Origin: Pacificibacter maritimus
Lineage (GTDB): Bacteria > Pseudomonadota > Alphaproteobacteria > Rhodobacterales > Rhodobacteraceae
DNA: 32,000 bases
Direction of reading: 5' to 3'
Assembly (NCBI RefSeq): GCF_003814915.1
Contig: NZ_RKQK01000001.1
Location: 418,031 to 450,030 of the forward strand
Part shown: positions 17,365 through 27,003 of the stretch, piece after piece
Layout of the letters: the number at the start of each line of letters is the position of its first letter
Position numbering within the stretch: position 1 is the first letter of the stretch
Translations under genes and position numbers: made by a program
The notes under the pieces: model-generated
The model's database searches: none
Seen by the model: only the letters and a program-made list of their open reading frames with translations
Told to the model about the DNA's origin: nothing

Positions 17365-17402
17365 GTTCGATTTGTGCAAGTTTTTATCAGTGCTACACAA
17401 GC

Positions 17403-17426
17403 AAAAGGCCCCGCAAATGCGAGGCC
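17403..17426 (-). terminator. Rho-independent terminator of the pdh operon
   Basis: On the minus strand: GGCCTCGCA, a short loop, TGCGGGGCC, then TTTTGCTT. It lies about 25 nt after the pdhC stop. Confidence 0.65.
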
Positions 17427-17452
17427 TTCAACCAAATCGATATTCAAAAAAC

Positions 17453-18766
17453 TTAGGCCAACATCGCCACTGGGTTTTCCAAGTTGTCGACAATCGCATT
17501 CAGCAAGTTCGCGCCAACCGCGCCGTCAATCACGCGGTGATCAACAGACATAGTGACAGACATCACTGTCGCCACTGTCAATTCGCCGTCTTCGCCAACG
17601 ATGGGTTGCTTTTTACCAGCGCCGACAGCCAAGATACCCGCATGCGGTGGATTCACGATGGCGTCAAAGTTGTCGATGCCAAACATGCCCAAGTTAGAGA
17701 TCGCGAAAGAACCGCCCTGATATTCATGCGGTGCCAATTTGCGATCACGCGCACGGCTGGCAAGGTCTTTCATCTCTGTGGACAAGGCCGACAACGATTT
17801 CATGTCAGAGTCTTGCAACACAGGCGTGAACAATCCGCCTTCAATCGCCACAGCCACCGCCACGTCAGACGCTTTCATCTGCAACACACGGTCACCCGCC
17901 CAAACAGCATTGGCTTCAGGCACTTGCTGCAAAGCAACAGCAACGGCTTTGATGATAAAGTCATTGACTGACAATTTCACGCCGCGTGCTTCCAACTGCT
18001 TGTTCAACTGCGAACGGAATTTCAGCAAAGCGTCCAATTTGATATCGCGGCGCAGGTAGAAATGCGGCACGGTTTGCTTGGCTTCTGAAAGACGCGCTGC
18101 AATCGTTTTGCGCATTCCGTCGAGTTTGATTTCTTCGAAGCTGCGGCCTTCGTACATTTTGGCAACGGCCTGAGCGGAAGGGCCTGATGGGGCCGCTGCT
18201 GCGGGGGCTGATGTTTTTTGCGGCGCAGCAGCTGATGCTTCAGCTTTTGGCGCGGCAGTGGCTGCCTCGACATCGGCTTTGACAATGCGACCTTTGGGGC
18301 CAGAGCCTTTAAGCTGCGACAGATCCAAACCCTTTTGGGCTGCGATACGGCGCGCCAAAGGAGAGGCAAAAATGCGTTCGCCTGAGGCTGCAACGGGGGC
18401 TGCAGGGGCAGGGGAGGCATCCGCCGCCTCTGCTTGCTTTGGCGCCTCAGACTTTTCGGCTGCCGCTTCAGCGGGTGCTGCAGGGGCAGATGCACCAACA
18501 GAGTCCATTGCTGATGCGTCTTCGCCTTCTTCCAGCAAAATCGCGATTTGCGCGTTCACTTTTACGCCTTCGGTGCCCTCGGGCACAGTGATCTTGCCGA
18601 TCACACCTTCGTCGACGGCCTCGAATTCCATCGTGGCTTTGTCTGTTTCGATCTCGGCAATGACATCGCCAGAGTTCACTTGGTCACCCTCTTTCACCAG
18701 CCATTTGGCCAATGTGCCTTCTTCCATTGTTGGAGAAAGCGCGGGCATGAGAAGTTCGATAGCCAT
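17453..18766 (-). CDS. pdhC: Pyruvate dehydrogenase complex E2, dihydrolipoyllysine-residue acetyltransferase
   Basis: 437 aa with a lipoyl domain ([12 protein letters not shown]), Ala/Pro linkers, an E3-binding domain ([16 protein letters not shown]) and a catalytic domain (DHRVIDGA). Confidence 0.93.
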   Translation of the reverse strand: MAIELLMPALSPTMEEGTLAKWLVKEGDQVNSGDVIAEIETDKATMEFEAVDEGVIGKITVPEGTEGVKVNAQIAILLEEGEDASAMDSVGASAPAAPAEAAAEKSEAPKQAEAADASPAPAAPVAASGERIFASPLARRIAAQKGLDLSQLKGSGPKGRIVKADVEAATAAPKAEASAAAPQKTSAPAAAAPSGPSAQAVAKMYEGRSFEEIKLDGMRKTIAARLSEAKQTVPHFYLRRDIKLDALLKFRSQLNKQLEARGVKLSVNDFIIKAVAVALQQVPEANAVWAGDRVLQMKASDVAVAVAIEGGLFTPVLQDSDMKSLSALSTEMKDLASRARDRKLAPHEYQGGSFAISNLGMFGIDNFDAIVNPPHAGILAVGAGKKQPIVGEDGELTVATVMSVTMSVDHRVIDGAVGANLLNAIVDNLENPVAMLA

Positions 18767-18778
18767 GTGTCAGTCTCC

Positions 18779-20155
18779 TTAACGGTATGTGACAGCTTTA
18801 ACCGCCGCGACGACTTCGTCGGTGGTGATCAAAGCATGTTTTTCAAGGTTGGCAGCATAAGGCATTGGCACGTCTTTGCCTGTGCAGTTAATCACTGGGG
18901 CGTCCAAGTAATCAAAAGCGCGTTCCATGATCGTTGCTGACAAGTGGTTGCCGAAGGATGCCACAGGGAAACCTTCTTCGACTGTGACGCAGCGGTTTGT
19001 TTTCATGACAGATGCCAAAACCGTATCGTAATCGACGGGGCGCAGGGTGCGCAGGTCGATCACTTCGGCTGAAATGCCTTCTTCGGCCAGCTTGTCTGCC
19101 GCTTCCAGAGCATAGGTCATGCCAATACCGAATGAGACGATCGTCACATCTGTGCCTTCACGCCAAATGCGGGCTTTACCGAATGGGATCGTGAAATCAT
19201 CCATGTCAGGCACATCGAAAGATTTGCCGTACAAGATTTCATTTTCCAAGAAGATAACAGGGTTATCATCGCGGATCGCTGATTTCATCAGACCTTTTGC
19301 ATCTGCCGCGGAATATGGCATTGCCACTTTCAGGCCAGGCACTTGGGAATACCAAGAGGCGAAACAATGTGAGTGCTGCGCACCCACACGCGCCGCAGCA
19401 CCATTGGCACCGCGAAACACCATAGGCGCGCCCATTTGACCGCCAGACATATACAATGTTTTGGCCGCTGAGTTGATCAGGTGGTCGATCGCTTGCAATG
19501 CAAAGTTGAAGGTCATGAATTCAACGATAGGGCGCAAGCCGCCGAAAGAGGCGCCTGTTGCGATACCCGCAAAGCCGTGTTCTGTGATCGGTGTATCAAT
19601 CACACGCTTGGGGCCGAATTCATCCAGCATGCCTTGGGAAATTTTGTAGGCACCTTGGTATTCACCCACTTCTTCGCCCATCAAAAAGACGTTTTCGTCG
19701 CTGCGCATTTCCTCTGACATCGCTTCGCGGATCGCTTCGCGCACGGTCATGGTTTTCATCTGAGTGCCCTCTGGGTAGTCAGGCTCGACAGCTTTGGATT
19801 CCACGGGCGCTGCAGCTTTCGCGGGCGCTGCTGCTGGGGCTTCTTTTGCTGGGGCTTCAGCTTGTTCTGGCGCTGGTGCAGACGAGGAGGCGCTCAGGTT
19901 TGACGCGTCTTCGCCTTCTTCAGCCAAAAGCGCAATCACGGCGTTCACTTTCACGCCTTCAGTGCCTTCTGCAACAAGAAGCTTGCCAACGATACCTTCA
20001 TCGACGGCTTCGAATTCCATGGTGGCCTTGTCGGTTTCAATTTCTGCAATGATGTCACCTGAGGCAACTGTGTCGCCCTCTTTGACGAGCCATTTTGCGA
20101 GTGTGCCTTCTTCCATTGTCGGGGAGAGGGCGGGCATAAGTAGTTCAATAGCCAT
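18779..20155 (-). CDS. pdhB: Pyruvate dehydrogenase E1 beta subunit with an N-terminal lipoyl domain
   Basis: 458 aa. An N-terminal lipoyl domain ([12 protein letters not shown]) and Ala/Pro linker precede a transketolase-like E1-beta ([13 protein letters not shown]...[12 protein letters not shown]). This is the arrangement typical of alphaproteobacteria. Confidence 0.93.
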   Translation of the reverse strand: MAIELLMPALSPTMEEGTLAKWLVKEGDTVASGDIIAEIETDKATMEFEAVDEGIVGKLLVAEGTEGVKVNAVIALLAEEGEDASNLSASSSAPAPEQAEAPAKEAPAAAPAKAAAPVESKAVEPDYPEGTQMKTMTVREAIREAMSEEMRSDENVFLMGEEVGEYQGAYKISQGMLDEFGPKRVIDTPITEHGFAGIATGASFGGLRPIVEFMTFNFALQAIDHLINSAAKTLYMSGGQMGAPMVFRGANGAAARVGAQHSHCFASWYSQVPGLKVAMPYSAADAKGLMKSAIRDDNPVIFLENEILYGKSFDVPDMDDFTIPFGKARIWREGTDVTIVSFGIGMTYALEAADKLAEEGISAEVIDLRTLRPVDYDTVLASVMKTNRCVTVEEGFPVASFGNHLSATIMERAFDYLDAPVINCTGKDVPMPYAANLEKHALITTDEVVAAVKAVTYR

Positions 20156-20176
20156 GAGTAAATTCCTCTCTCAGGA

Positions 20177-21178
20177 TTAGGCGTAAATGTCTGTCCAAAG
20201 CTCTTCAAGGGCAGGCTCTGGGCTGGTTTTTGCAAATTCTGCTGAGGCGTTCACCACGGCTTTGATCTCTTTGTCGATCGCTTTGAGATCATCCTCGGAA
20301 GCATGCTTGCCTGTCAAAAGCAAAGACCGCACCGCTTCGATTGGATCGCGCTCGTCTTTCATCTTTTGCACTTCTTCGCGTGAACGGTATTTTGCAGGAT
20401 CTGACATAGAGTGACCGCGGTAACGGTATGTTTTCACTTCCAAAATATAGGGGCCTTTGCCTGCACGGCAATGCGCCACAGCTTTTTCAGAGGCTTCTTT
20501 GACCGCCAAAACATCCATACCGTCTACTTCTTCGCCTTTGATACCGTAGGCTGCGCCACGTTCCCAAAGTGATGGAGATTTGGTTGAGCGCTGCACGGAT
20601 GTACCCATGGCGTATTGGTTGTTTTCAATGACAAAAATCACTGGAAGATCCCAAAGCATCGCCATGTTGTAGGTCTCGTAAACCTGCCCTTGGTTGGCCG
20701 CGCCATCGCCGAAGTAGGCGAATGTCACATTGTCATTGCCTTTGTATTTGTCAGAAAACGCAAGACCCGCACCCAGTGGCACCTGTGCACCCACGATACC
20801 GTGGCCGCCGTAGAAATGTTTCTCTTTCGAGAACATATGCATGGAGCCGCCTTTGCCTTTTGAATAGCCGCCTTCGCGACCCGTCAATTCGGCCATCACC
20901 CCGTCAGGGTTCATCCCGCATGCCAACATGTGGCCGTGGTCGCGGTAAGATGTGATGCGCTTGTCACCTTCTTTGGTGGCAGCTTCCAAGCCTACAACCA
21001 CGGCTTCTTGGCCGATGTAGAGGTGACAAAAGCCACCGATTAAACCCATGCCATATAATTGGCCCGCTTTTTCTTCAAAGCGGCGGATCAGGAGCATGTC
21101 CTTGTAATAGGCAAGCAATTCGTCTTTTGATACATTCGCTTTGCTCGCGGAATTTGCGGTGGTTTTCTTGGGGGCCAT
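20177..21178 (-). CDS. pdhA: Pyruvate dehydrogenase E1 alpha subunit
   Basis: 333 aa with FCHLYIGQEAV, the TPP motif GDGAANQG and YRYRGHSMSDP. A strong SD (GGAGGAGG, complement of 21186-21193) precedes the start. Confidence 0.93.
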   Translation of the reverse strand: MAPKKTTANSASKANVSKDELLAYYKDMLLIRRFEEKAGQLYGMGLIGGFCHLYIGQEAVVVGLEAATKEGDKRITSYRDHGHMLACGMNPDGVMAELTGREGGYSKGKGGSMHMFSKEKHFYGGHGIVGAQVPLGAGLAFSDKYKGNDNVTFAYFGDGAANQGQVYETYNMAMLWDLPVIFVIENNQYAMGTSVQRSTKSPSLWERGAAYGIKGEEVDGMDVLAVKEASEKAVAHCRAGKGPYILEVKTYRYRGHSMSDPAKYRSREEVQKMKDERDPIEAVRSLLLTGKHASEDDLKAIDKEIKAVVNASAEFAKTSPEPALEELWTDIYA

Positions 21179-21202
21179 GCGGCGTCCTCCTCCAAAATCG
21201 CA

Positions 21203-21228
21203 GATATAGTTTAGTATTAAACTATATC
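21203..21228. promoter_or_regulatory. Perfect 11-bp inverted repeat 25-50 nt upstream of the pdhA ATG (candidate operator or 5'-UTR hairpin)
   Basis: GATATAGTTTA-GTAT-TAAACTATATC. The arms are exact reverse complements. Confidence 0.5.
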
Positions 21229-21347
21229 ATAAAGCAGTTTGAATGGAATTGCACGGATAAATTGCAGTTCGTTTGCTTGGTCTGGCCGCATACGGGTGCA
21301 AGCCTATGGAAATGTTTAATTTTTCAGGGATTAAATAGCGAGATTGG

Positions 21348-21386
21348 ATTCGCTAAGGCTGCGTTTTACGGCAAGCCTTAGCGAAT
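21348..21386 (-). other. 13-bp perfect inverted repeat overlapping the ftsB stop codon
   Basis: ATTCGCTAAGGCT (21348-21360), a 13-nt loop, then AGCCTTAGCGAAT (21374-21386). The ftsB stop (complement of 21378-21380) lies inside the right arm. No U-tract follows on the minus strand. Confidence 0.5.
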
Positions 21387-21680
21387 GACCAACTCATCGG
21401 CGCGCACATATCCCAAGACGTCTCGAGCTTGTTCGTCGAGTAGGTCTAGATCTAAGTATCCGTCAGACATGCGCAAAGTTTTATTGCGCATGACTTCCAA
21501 ATTTATCGCAAGCCGATCACTCTTCTCGTGTAGGTCTTCAAGCTCCGCCTCAATTTGAATGCGACGGAACAGCCCGTACTCACCTTGCACTGCAGCAAAG
21601 GTGAAGTAACCGCCCAATGTGACGATTACGGCTGTATATATCAGAACAGCGAGAGGGGGACGTTTGCGATTGGACGCCAT
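21378..21680 (-). CDS. ftsB: Septum formation initiator family protein (FtsB/DivIC)
   Basis: 100 aa with a single N-terminal TM segment (LAVLIYTAVIVTLGGYFTFAAV), a coiled coil, and the typical C-terminus (LDLDLLDEQARDVLGYVRADELVI). Confidence 0.85.
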   Translation of the reverse strand: MASNRKRPPLAVLIYTAVIVTLGGYFTFAAVQGEYGLFRRIQIEAELEDLHEKSDRLAINLEVMRNKTLRMSDGYLDLDLLDEQARDVLGYVRADELVIR

Positions 21681-21757
21681 GATAGGGGGTTGCCTGTAGT
21701 TTACTGCTCACACGGCCACCTCTTATGGGTGATCCGTTTGAAGACTATGCCATAGGC

Positions 21758-21837
21758 GAATCGCTTTGTGAATCCCTTTTCGAATCACAACATCATTTTT
21801 TTTATCAGCACGGTGCATCAGATTCGTGTTTGGAATC
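21758..21837. promoter_or_regulatory. Cluster of five GANTC (CcrM methylation) sites in the ftsB upstream region
   Basis: GAATC at 21758, 21770 and 21782; GATTC at 21821; GAATC at 21833. The spacings are 12, 12, 39 and 12 nt. Confidence 0.5.
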
Positions 21838-21860
21838 AGAGTGTTAACAGGTCACCCTGA

Positions 21861-21905
21861 AAAAGCAAAACGGGACACAGCATATAGATGCGCGCCCCGT
21901 TTTTC
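21861..21905 (-). terminator. Probable terminator of the aldolase gene
   Basis: On the minus strand: AACGGGGCGCGCAT, loop CTAT, ATGCTGTGTCCCGTT, then TTGCTTTT. The helix is imperfect, with G-U pairs. Confidence 0.45.
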
Positions 21906-21924
21906 CGACTAAATGTTGTAGCTC

Positions 21925-22818
21925 TTATCCCGCAACAGAGGCCGCATGGATTTCACTGGTTGTTGCATTTAAGATAGCATCAAAATCTGTATCGGCTTGT
22001 TTGGCACTTAGCCCTTCGATCAAAGCGCGTGAGAAAGACGCGATCATGCCTGTGTTTAGCGCCAATTTTGCGTTGGCTTCCTCACGGGAATAACCACCAG
22101 ACAGTGACACAACTTTCAAAACACGCGGGTGGTCCACCAAGGGTTTGTAAAAATTCGGCTCAGTCGGCAAAGACACTTTCAACATCACCTGTTTGTTGGG
22201 GGCCAGCGCATCAAGTTGCGTCAAGATTTCTTCGCGCAAGATGGCTTCTGCTTCGGCTTTGTCTTTGATCGTGATTGTGACCTCTGGTTCAAGCATCGGC
22301 ATTAAACCTGCTTTGATCACCTGTTCGCCGATTTCAAATTGCTGCGCCACAACGGCTTTGATGCCCTCACGATTGGCCGCATTCACGACAGAGCGTTCTT
22401 TGGTGCCGAAAACGCCCAAATTGGCTGCGCGCGCCAGAAGATCATCCAAATCAGGATTGGGCTTCATCAATTGCACGCCGTTTTCTTCGGCTTCCAAGCC
22501 TTTGTCGATTTTTAAAAACGGCACGATGCCTTTGTCTTCAAACAGATATTTTGGGGTTGGTTTGCCCGCGACATCGCGATCCATTGTCATTTCAAACAAG
22601 ATCGCGCCGATCACTTTATCGGAAGTAAAAGACGACGACTGCATGATGCGCGACCGCATTGCGTGGATCATGTCAAACATTTCGCTATCGCCGTTGTACT
22701 CATTCGGCTCAATGCCGTATTGCGCCAATGCTTTCGGGGTGGAGCCTCCAGATTGGTCAAGCGCTGCGATAAAACCTTGGCCATCACGGATTTTGGCGGT
22801 CATTTCTTGGATCGACAT
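21925..22818 (-). CDS. fba: Fructose-bisphosphate aldolase, class I
   Basis: GFIAALDQSGGSTPKAL is the typical class I FBA N-terminus. I prefer the ATG at 22818, which has AGGA 5 nt upstream. The longest ORF starts at 22830 (4 codons more). Confidence 0.9.
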   Translation of the reverse strand: MSIQEMTAKIRDGQGFIAALDQSGGSTPKALAQYGIEPNEYNGDSEMFDMIHAMRSRIMQSSSFTSDKVIGAILFEMTMDRDVAGKPTPKYLFEDKGIVPFLKIDKGLEAEENGVQLMKPNPDLDDLLARAANLGVFGTKERSVVNAANREGIKAVVAQQFEIGEQVIKAGLMPMLEPEVTITIKDKAEAEAILREEILTQLDALAPNKQVMLKVSLPTEPNFYKPLVDHPRVLKVVSLSGGYSREEANAKLALNTGMIASFSRALIEGLSAKQADTDFDAILNATTSEIHAASVAG

Positions 22819-22906
22819 GGGAGTCCTCATTGCATTTATGCCCCTTTGGGGCGGGATCAGGGAATTTCTAGATTTGCTTAGCGCTGCTTTGACAGTGGCG
22901 CAATTC

Positions 22907-22962
22907 TGATGGCGCTAACAAAAAAAATGGTTGCGCTAACTGTTGCTCTGTTATCGCTAACA
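22907..22962. promoter_or_regulatory. Three tandem LacI-type palindromic operator candidates upstream of fba at 21-bp phasing
   Basis: TGATGGCGCTAACA (22907-22920), TGGTTGCGCTAACT (22928-22941) and TGTTATCGCTAACA (22949-22962). They match the idealised palindrome TGTTAGCGCTAACA at 12/14, 11/14 and 13/14. Confidence 0.5.
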
Positions 22963-23032
22963 CATTGTTCATACAGGTATTTTTGCAAAACAAATTTTGC
23001 ATCATTGGCTGTCATTCGGGGGCGCTAGCCGC

Positions 23033-23066
23033 AAAAACGCCCGCGCAAATTCATGCACGGGCGCTT
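23033..23066 (-). terminator. Rho-independent terminator of pgk
   Basis: On the minus strand: CGCCCG, a 14-nt loop, CGGGCG, then TTTTTG. It lies about 30 nt after the pgk stop. Confidence 0.6.
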
Positions 23067-23096
23067 AAAAATCTTTGGGTCAGGTTTGGTTTGGGT

Positions 23097-24272
23097 TTAA
23101 CCGAGCGCCTCAACACCTGGCAGGGTTTTGCCTTCCATCCATTCCAAGAAAGCGCCGCCTGCGGTCGAAATATAGGTAAAGCGATCCGCGACACCTGCCG
23201 CATTGATGGCTGCCACGGTATCGCCGCCGCCTGCCACAGAAATCAAATCCCCAGCTTGGGTTTGCTTGGCAATCACATCAAGCATCGCAAAGGTGCCCGC
23301 GCCGAAAGGTTCCAATTCGAATACGCCCAAAGGCCCGTTCATGATCAATGTTTCACTGGCAGAAATGACATCGTTCAACCGTGCGATTGACTTGGGGCCA
23401 GCATCAAAAATCATCGCATCCGCAGGGCAGGCCGCCACATCAACGGTTTCATTTTTGGTATTGGCAGCGAATTCCCAAGCGACCACCACATCAATCGGCA
23501 AGATAATTTCGCAACCAGCCTCATCTGCCTTTTTCAAAATGTCGCGCGCCGTGTCTGCAAGGTCATGTTCGCAAAGAGACTTGCCAACATTCACGCCCTG
23601 AGCTGCCAAAAACGTATTGGCCATGCCGCCACCAATCACCAAGTGATCAACTTTGCGTACCAAATTGCCCAAAAGTTCGAGCTTGGTTGACACTTTTGCA
23701 CCCCCAACCACGGCCACAACAGGGCGTTTGGGTGTGGCCAAAGCTGCCTCAAGTGCTGAAAGTTCGGCCTGCATGAGGCGACCCGCACAAGACGGCAACA
23801 GTTTTGCCACACCAGTGGTCGAGGCATGGGCACGGTGCGCAGCCGAAAAGGCATCATTGCAAAAGATATCGCCCAAAGAGGCCAAAAACTGCGCCATTTG
23901 CGGATCGTTATCCGTTTCCATGGCTGTGAAACGCGTGTTTTCTACCAAAACCACAGATCCTGCGGGCAGGGCGTCGAGCTGTTCGCGGGATGGGCGTTCG
24001 ATGAATGTCACGTCACGACCAAGTGTTTTTGTCACGGCAGGCATGATATGCGACAACGACAAGTCAGCAACATATTCACCTTTTGGGCGACCAAAATGCG
24101 CCAGCATCACAGGGATGCCGCCTTTTGCCACGATGTCATCAATCGTTGGTTTTATGCGCTCAATGCGCGTCGCATCGGTGACAGTGCCGTCTTTCATGGG
24201 CACATTGATGTCCACACGTGTGAGAACGATCTTGCCGTTCATGTCCATATCGTCGAGCGTTTTCCAAGCCAT
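23097..24272 (-). CDS. pgk: Phosphoglycerate kinase
   Basis: 391 aa with [37 protein letters not shown] and [14 protein letters not shown]. Confidence 0.95.
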   Translation of the reverse strand: MAWKTLDDMDMNGKIVLTRVDINVPMKDGTVTDATRIERIKPTIDDIVAKGGIPVMLAHFGRPKGEYVADLSLSHIMPAVTKTLGRDVTFIERPSREQLDALPAGSVVLVENTRFTAMETDNDPQMAQFLASLGDIFCNDAFSAAHRAHASTTGVAKLLPSCAGRLMQAELSALEAALATPKRPVVAVVGGAKVSTKLELLGNLVRKVDHLVIGGGMANTFLAAQGVNVGKSLCEHDLADTARDILKKADEAGCEIILPIDVVVAWEFAANTKNETVDVAACPADAMIFDAGPKSIARLNDVISASETLIMNGPLGVFELEPFGAGTFAMLDVIAKQTQAGDLISVAGGGDTVAAINAAGVADRFTYISTAGGAFLEWMEGKTLPGVEALG

Positions 24273-24451
24273 CGGAGTGTCCTTGCAGGGTCTGTTGCAT
24301 GTATTTAGCTCTGTTTTAAGCGCTCAGATGTTTAGGTCAATGGCAGCTTGTCGGCGCTGAGCCGCAAAGGGGGAAACTTGCCCTTTTACTTCGCCGCTCA
24401 AGCCCTTAGATTGCCCCCAAACACACTTTATATATGACAAGGAGCCGCAAG

Positions 24452-24958
24452 ATGGCTGATATCAAAGATCCCGAAAACACAATCCTGATCGAACTTGAGC
24501 ACGGCCAAGTTGTGATCGAACTTCTTCCAGATGTCGCACCGCAACACTGTGCGCGCATGAAAGAATTGGCGCGCTCTGGTGCCTATGACGGCGTTGTGTT
24601 TCACCGCGTGATCGACGGCTTTATGGCGCAAACTGGCGACGTACAATTCGGCAACCAAAACAAAGATTTCGAAATCCGCCGCGCGGGCACTGGCAGCTCT
24701 GATTTGCCTGATGTTCCAGCAGAGTTTTCCAGCCTTCCACATGATCGCGGCACTTTGGGTGCGGCACGTTCGCAAAACCCAAACTCTGCTAACTCTCAGT
24801 TTTTCATCAACTTTTCCGACAACCACTTCCTGAACAATCAGTATACAGTTTATGGACGCGTGCTGTCAGGCATGGAAGCTGTCGACAAAATTACCCGTGG
24901 TGAGCCAGCGCAATACCCTGATTGCATGATCTCTGTGAAAGTCGCAGCCGATGCTTAA
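24452..24958 (+). CDS. ppiB: Peptidylprolyl isomerase, cyclophilin type (cytoplasmic)
   Basis: 168 aa from ATG 24452, with AAGGAG at 24439-24444. Motifs FHRVIDGFMAQTGD and NSANSQFFI are present. Confidence 0.9.
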   Translation: MADIKDPENTILIELEHGQVVIELLPDVAPQHCARMKELARSGAYDGVVFHRVIDGFMAQTGDVQFGNQNKDFEIRRAGTGSSDLPDVPAEFSSLPHDRGTLGAARSQNPNSANSQFFINFSDNHFLNNQYTVYGRVLSGMEAVDKITRGEPAQYPDCMISVKVAADA

Positions 24959-25511
24959 ATCAGCTCTGGCGACTCTTGCGATTCTGGCCTCAGTGCCAGC
25001 ATTCGCAACAGGTCTTGAAATCACTGTCGCTGGCGAAGCGAACGGCGTGATCAAAATTGATCTGCTTGAAGATGTGGCACCTGGTCATGTCGCACAGATC
25101 ACCCAATTGGCCGCCGATGGTGCCTATGACAATGTGGTGTTTCACCGCGTCATCGATGGCTTCATGGCGCAAACGGGCGATGTGCAATTTGGCAAATCAG
25201 ACGCAGAAGATTTCAACATGTCACGTGCTGGCATGGGGGGGGCTGAAAACGCGGATCTGAAAGCTGAGTTTTCTGATGAGAGCTTTGATGCGGGCGTTGT
25301 TGGCATGGCGCGATCTTCCAGCCCAGATTCTGCCAATTCGCAGTTCTTCATTATGTTCGCCCCTGCGCCGCATTTGAATGGCCAATACACAGTTGTTGGC
25401 CGTGTGACGGAAGGCATGGACGTGGTCAATGCGATCAAAAAGGGTGCTGGCCCGAATGGATCTGTCATTGGCGAACCTGACAAAATGGTTTCTGTCTCCG
25501 TGACCGAATAA
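24951..25511 (+). CDS. ppiA: Peptidylprolyl isomerase, cyclophilin type, with a signal peptide (periplasmic)
   Basis: 186 aa with signal peptide MLKSALATLAILASVPAFA, FHRVIDGFMAQTGD and NSQFFIMF. The start overlaps the ppiB stop by 8 nt. Confidence 0.9.
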   Translation: MLKSALATLAILASVPAFATGLEITVAGEANGVIKIDLLEDVAPGHVAQITQLAADGAYDNVVFHRVIDGFMAQTGDVQFGKSDAEDFNMSRAGMGGAENADLKAEFSDESFDAGVVGMARSSSPDSANSQFFIMFAPAPHLNGQYTVVGRVTEGMDVVNAIKKGAGPNGSVIGEPDKMVSVSVTE

Positions 25512-25560
25512 GACGCCTATCTCTGTCGCAAAAGACAGGTGGTGTTGAAAGGAATTTGAA

Positions 25561-25586
25561 AGGCCCTGCAGTCGCGGGGCCTTTTG
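25561..25586 (+). terminator. Possible terminator after ppiA
   Basis: AGGCCC ... GGGCCT short stem followed by TTTT (25582-25585). Confidence 0.4.
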
Positions 25587-25625
25587 CTTATGGAGCTTTT
25601 ATTTGCGAAAAGATGCTATAAATGC

Positions 25626-25650
25626 AAAAAAAGGGGACATAAATGCCCCC
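25626..25650 (-). terminator. Rho-independent terminator of tyrS
   Basis: On the minus strand: GGGGGCAT, loop TT, ATGTCCCC, then TTTTTTT. Confidence 0.7.
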
Positions 25651-25677
25651 TTCTTCAATCAAAATGTTCGATTTGTG

Positions 25678-26931
25678 CTATTTTAAAACGACCAAGGCAT
25701 GGCGTTTTTTGCCTGCTGACAGTTTCATAGGTGTTGCCAAATCAGCGGGTGTCACCATGACGCCTGCATCTTTGTGGTCTGCGTCATTCACCTTCGCGCC
25801 ATTATCGGAAAATAAGCGTTTGGCTTCTTTGCCTGTGCCTGCAAGCCCTGCACGGACGAACAATTGCACGATAGAAATCCCATCGCCAATCTCATCTGCT
25901 GTCAGTTCCAGCGTTGGCAGGTCATTACCTGTACCGCCCTTTTCAAACACTTCGCGTGCCGTGGCTTCGGCTGCATTTGCCGCTTCACGACCATGCAAGA
26001 GTGCTGTCACTTCATTGGCCAGAATGATTTTTGCCTCGTTGATATCAGAGCCTTGCAAGGCGCCCAAACGCTCACATTCCGCGACGGGCAACTCAGTGTA
26101 GAGCTTCAAAAAACGCCCCGTGTCGGCATCCGTCGTGTTGCGCCAGAATTGCCAGAATTCGTAAGAACTCAGCATATCTTCATTCAGCCAGATCGCGCCA
26201 GATTGCGATTTGCCCATCTTTTTGCCGTCCGATGTGGTCAGCAAAGGCGAGGTCAGCCCGAAAATAGAATTGTCGATCACGCGGCGCGTCAAATCGATGC
26301 CGTTGACAATATTGCCCCATTGATCCGACCCGCCCATTTGCAACATACAACCGTAACGACGGTTGAGCTCCAAAAAGTCATAAGCCTGCAAAATCATGTA
26401 GTTAAACTCAAGGAACGACAGTGATTGCTCGCGGTCCAAACGCGATTTCACGCTTTCAAACGACAACATGCGGTTGACCGAGAAATGCTTGCCGATGTCG
26501 CGCAAAAACTCGAGGTAATTCAACCCATCAAGCCATTCGGCGTTGTTCAGCATCAGCGCTTTGTTCGGCGCGTCTGTTTCATAGTCGATATAGGCCGCGA
26601 AGACGCTTTTGATGCCTGCGATGTTCTGGTTGATCTTGTCTTCGGTCAACAAAGGGCGCTCATCTGCGCGAAAGCTAGGGTCGCCCACTTTCGTGGTGCC
26701 CCCGCCCATTAAGGTGATCGGTTGGTGGCCAGTTTTTTGCAACCAACGCAGCATCATAATCTGGATCAACGACCCCACATGCAGCGATGTGGCCGTCGCA
26801 TCAAAGCCGATATAGGCTGGCACAACACCTTTGCTCAGGGCTTCATCAAGGCCTTGATAGTCTGTGCAATCGGCCAAAAAGCCGCGCTCTATCATCACTG
26901 CCATAAAGTCTGATTTGGGGTGGTATGTCAT
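25678..26931 (-). CDS. tyrS: Tyrosine--tRNA ligase
   Basis: 417 aa with the class I HIGH-like motif ([11 protein letters not shown]), KMSKS-like KKMGKS, and a C-terminal S4-like domain. Confidence 0.95.
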   Translation of the reverse strand: MTYHPKSDFMAVMIERGFLADCTDYQGLDEALSKGVVPAYIGFDATATSLHVGSLIQIMMLRWLQKTGHQPITLMGGGTTKVGDPSFRADERPLLTEDKINQNIAGIKSVFAAYIDYETDAPNKALMLNNAEWLDGLNYLEFLRDIGKHFSVNRMLSFESVKSRLDREQSLSFLEFNYMILQAYDFLELNRRYGCMLQMGGSDQWGNIVNGIDLTRRVIDNSIFGLTSPLLTTSDGKKMGKSQSGAIWLNEDMLSSYEFWQFWRNTTDADTGRFLKLYTELPVAECERLGALQGSDINEAKIILANEVTALLHGREAANAAEATAREVFEKGGTGNDLPTLELTADEIGDGISIVQLFVRAGLAGTGKEAKRLFSDNGAKVNDADHKDAGVMVTPADLATPMKLSAGKKRHALVVLK

Positions 26932-27003
26932 TGCAATTTTTATCCATATTAAGGGCTAGCAATGCCTGATATATCTGGCTCAGCGCCAAAGGGAAAGAGA
27001 GTC

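Noticed and set aside
18680-20155. Duplicate lipoyl-domain segment as an assembly duplication or a repeat element
   Set aside because: The nucleotide sequences differ at many synonymous sites, and both copies lie in intact, differently continued genes.
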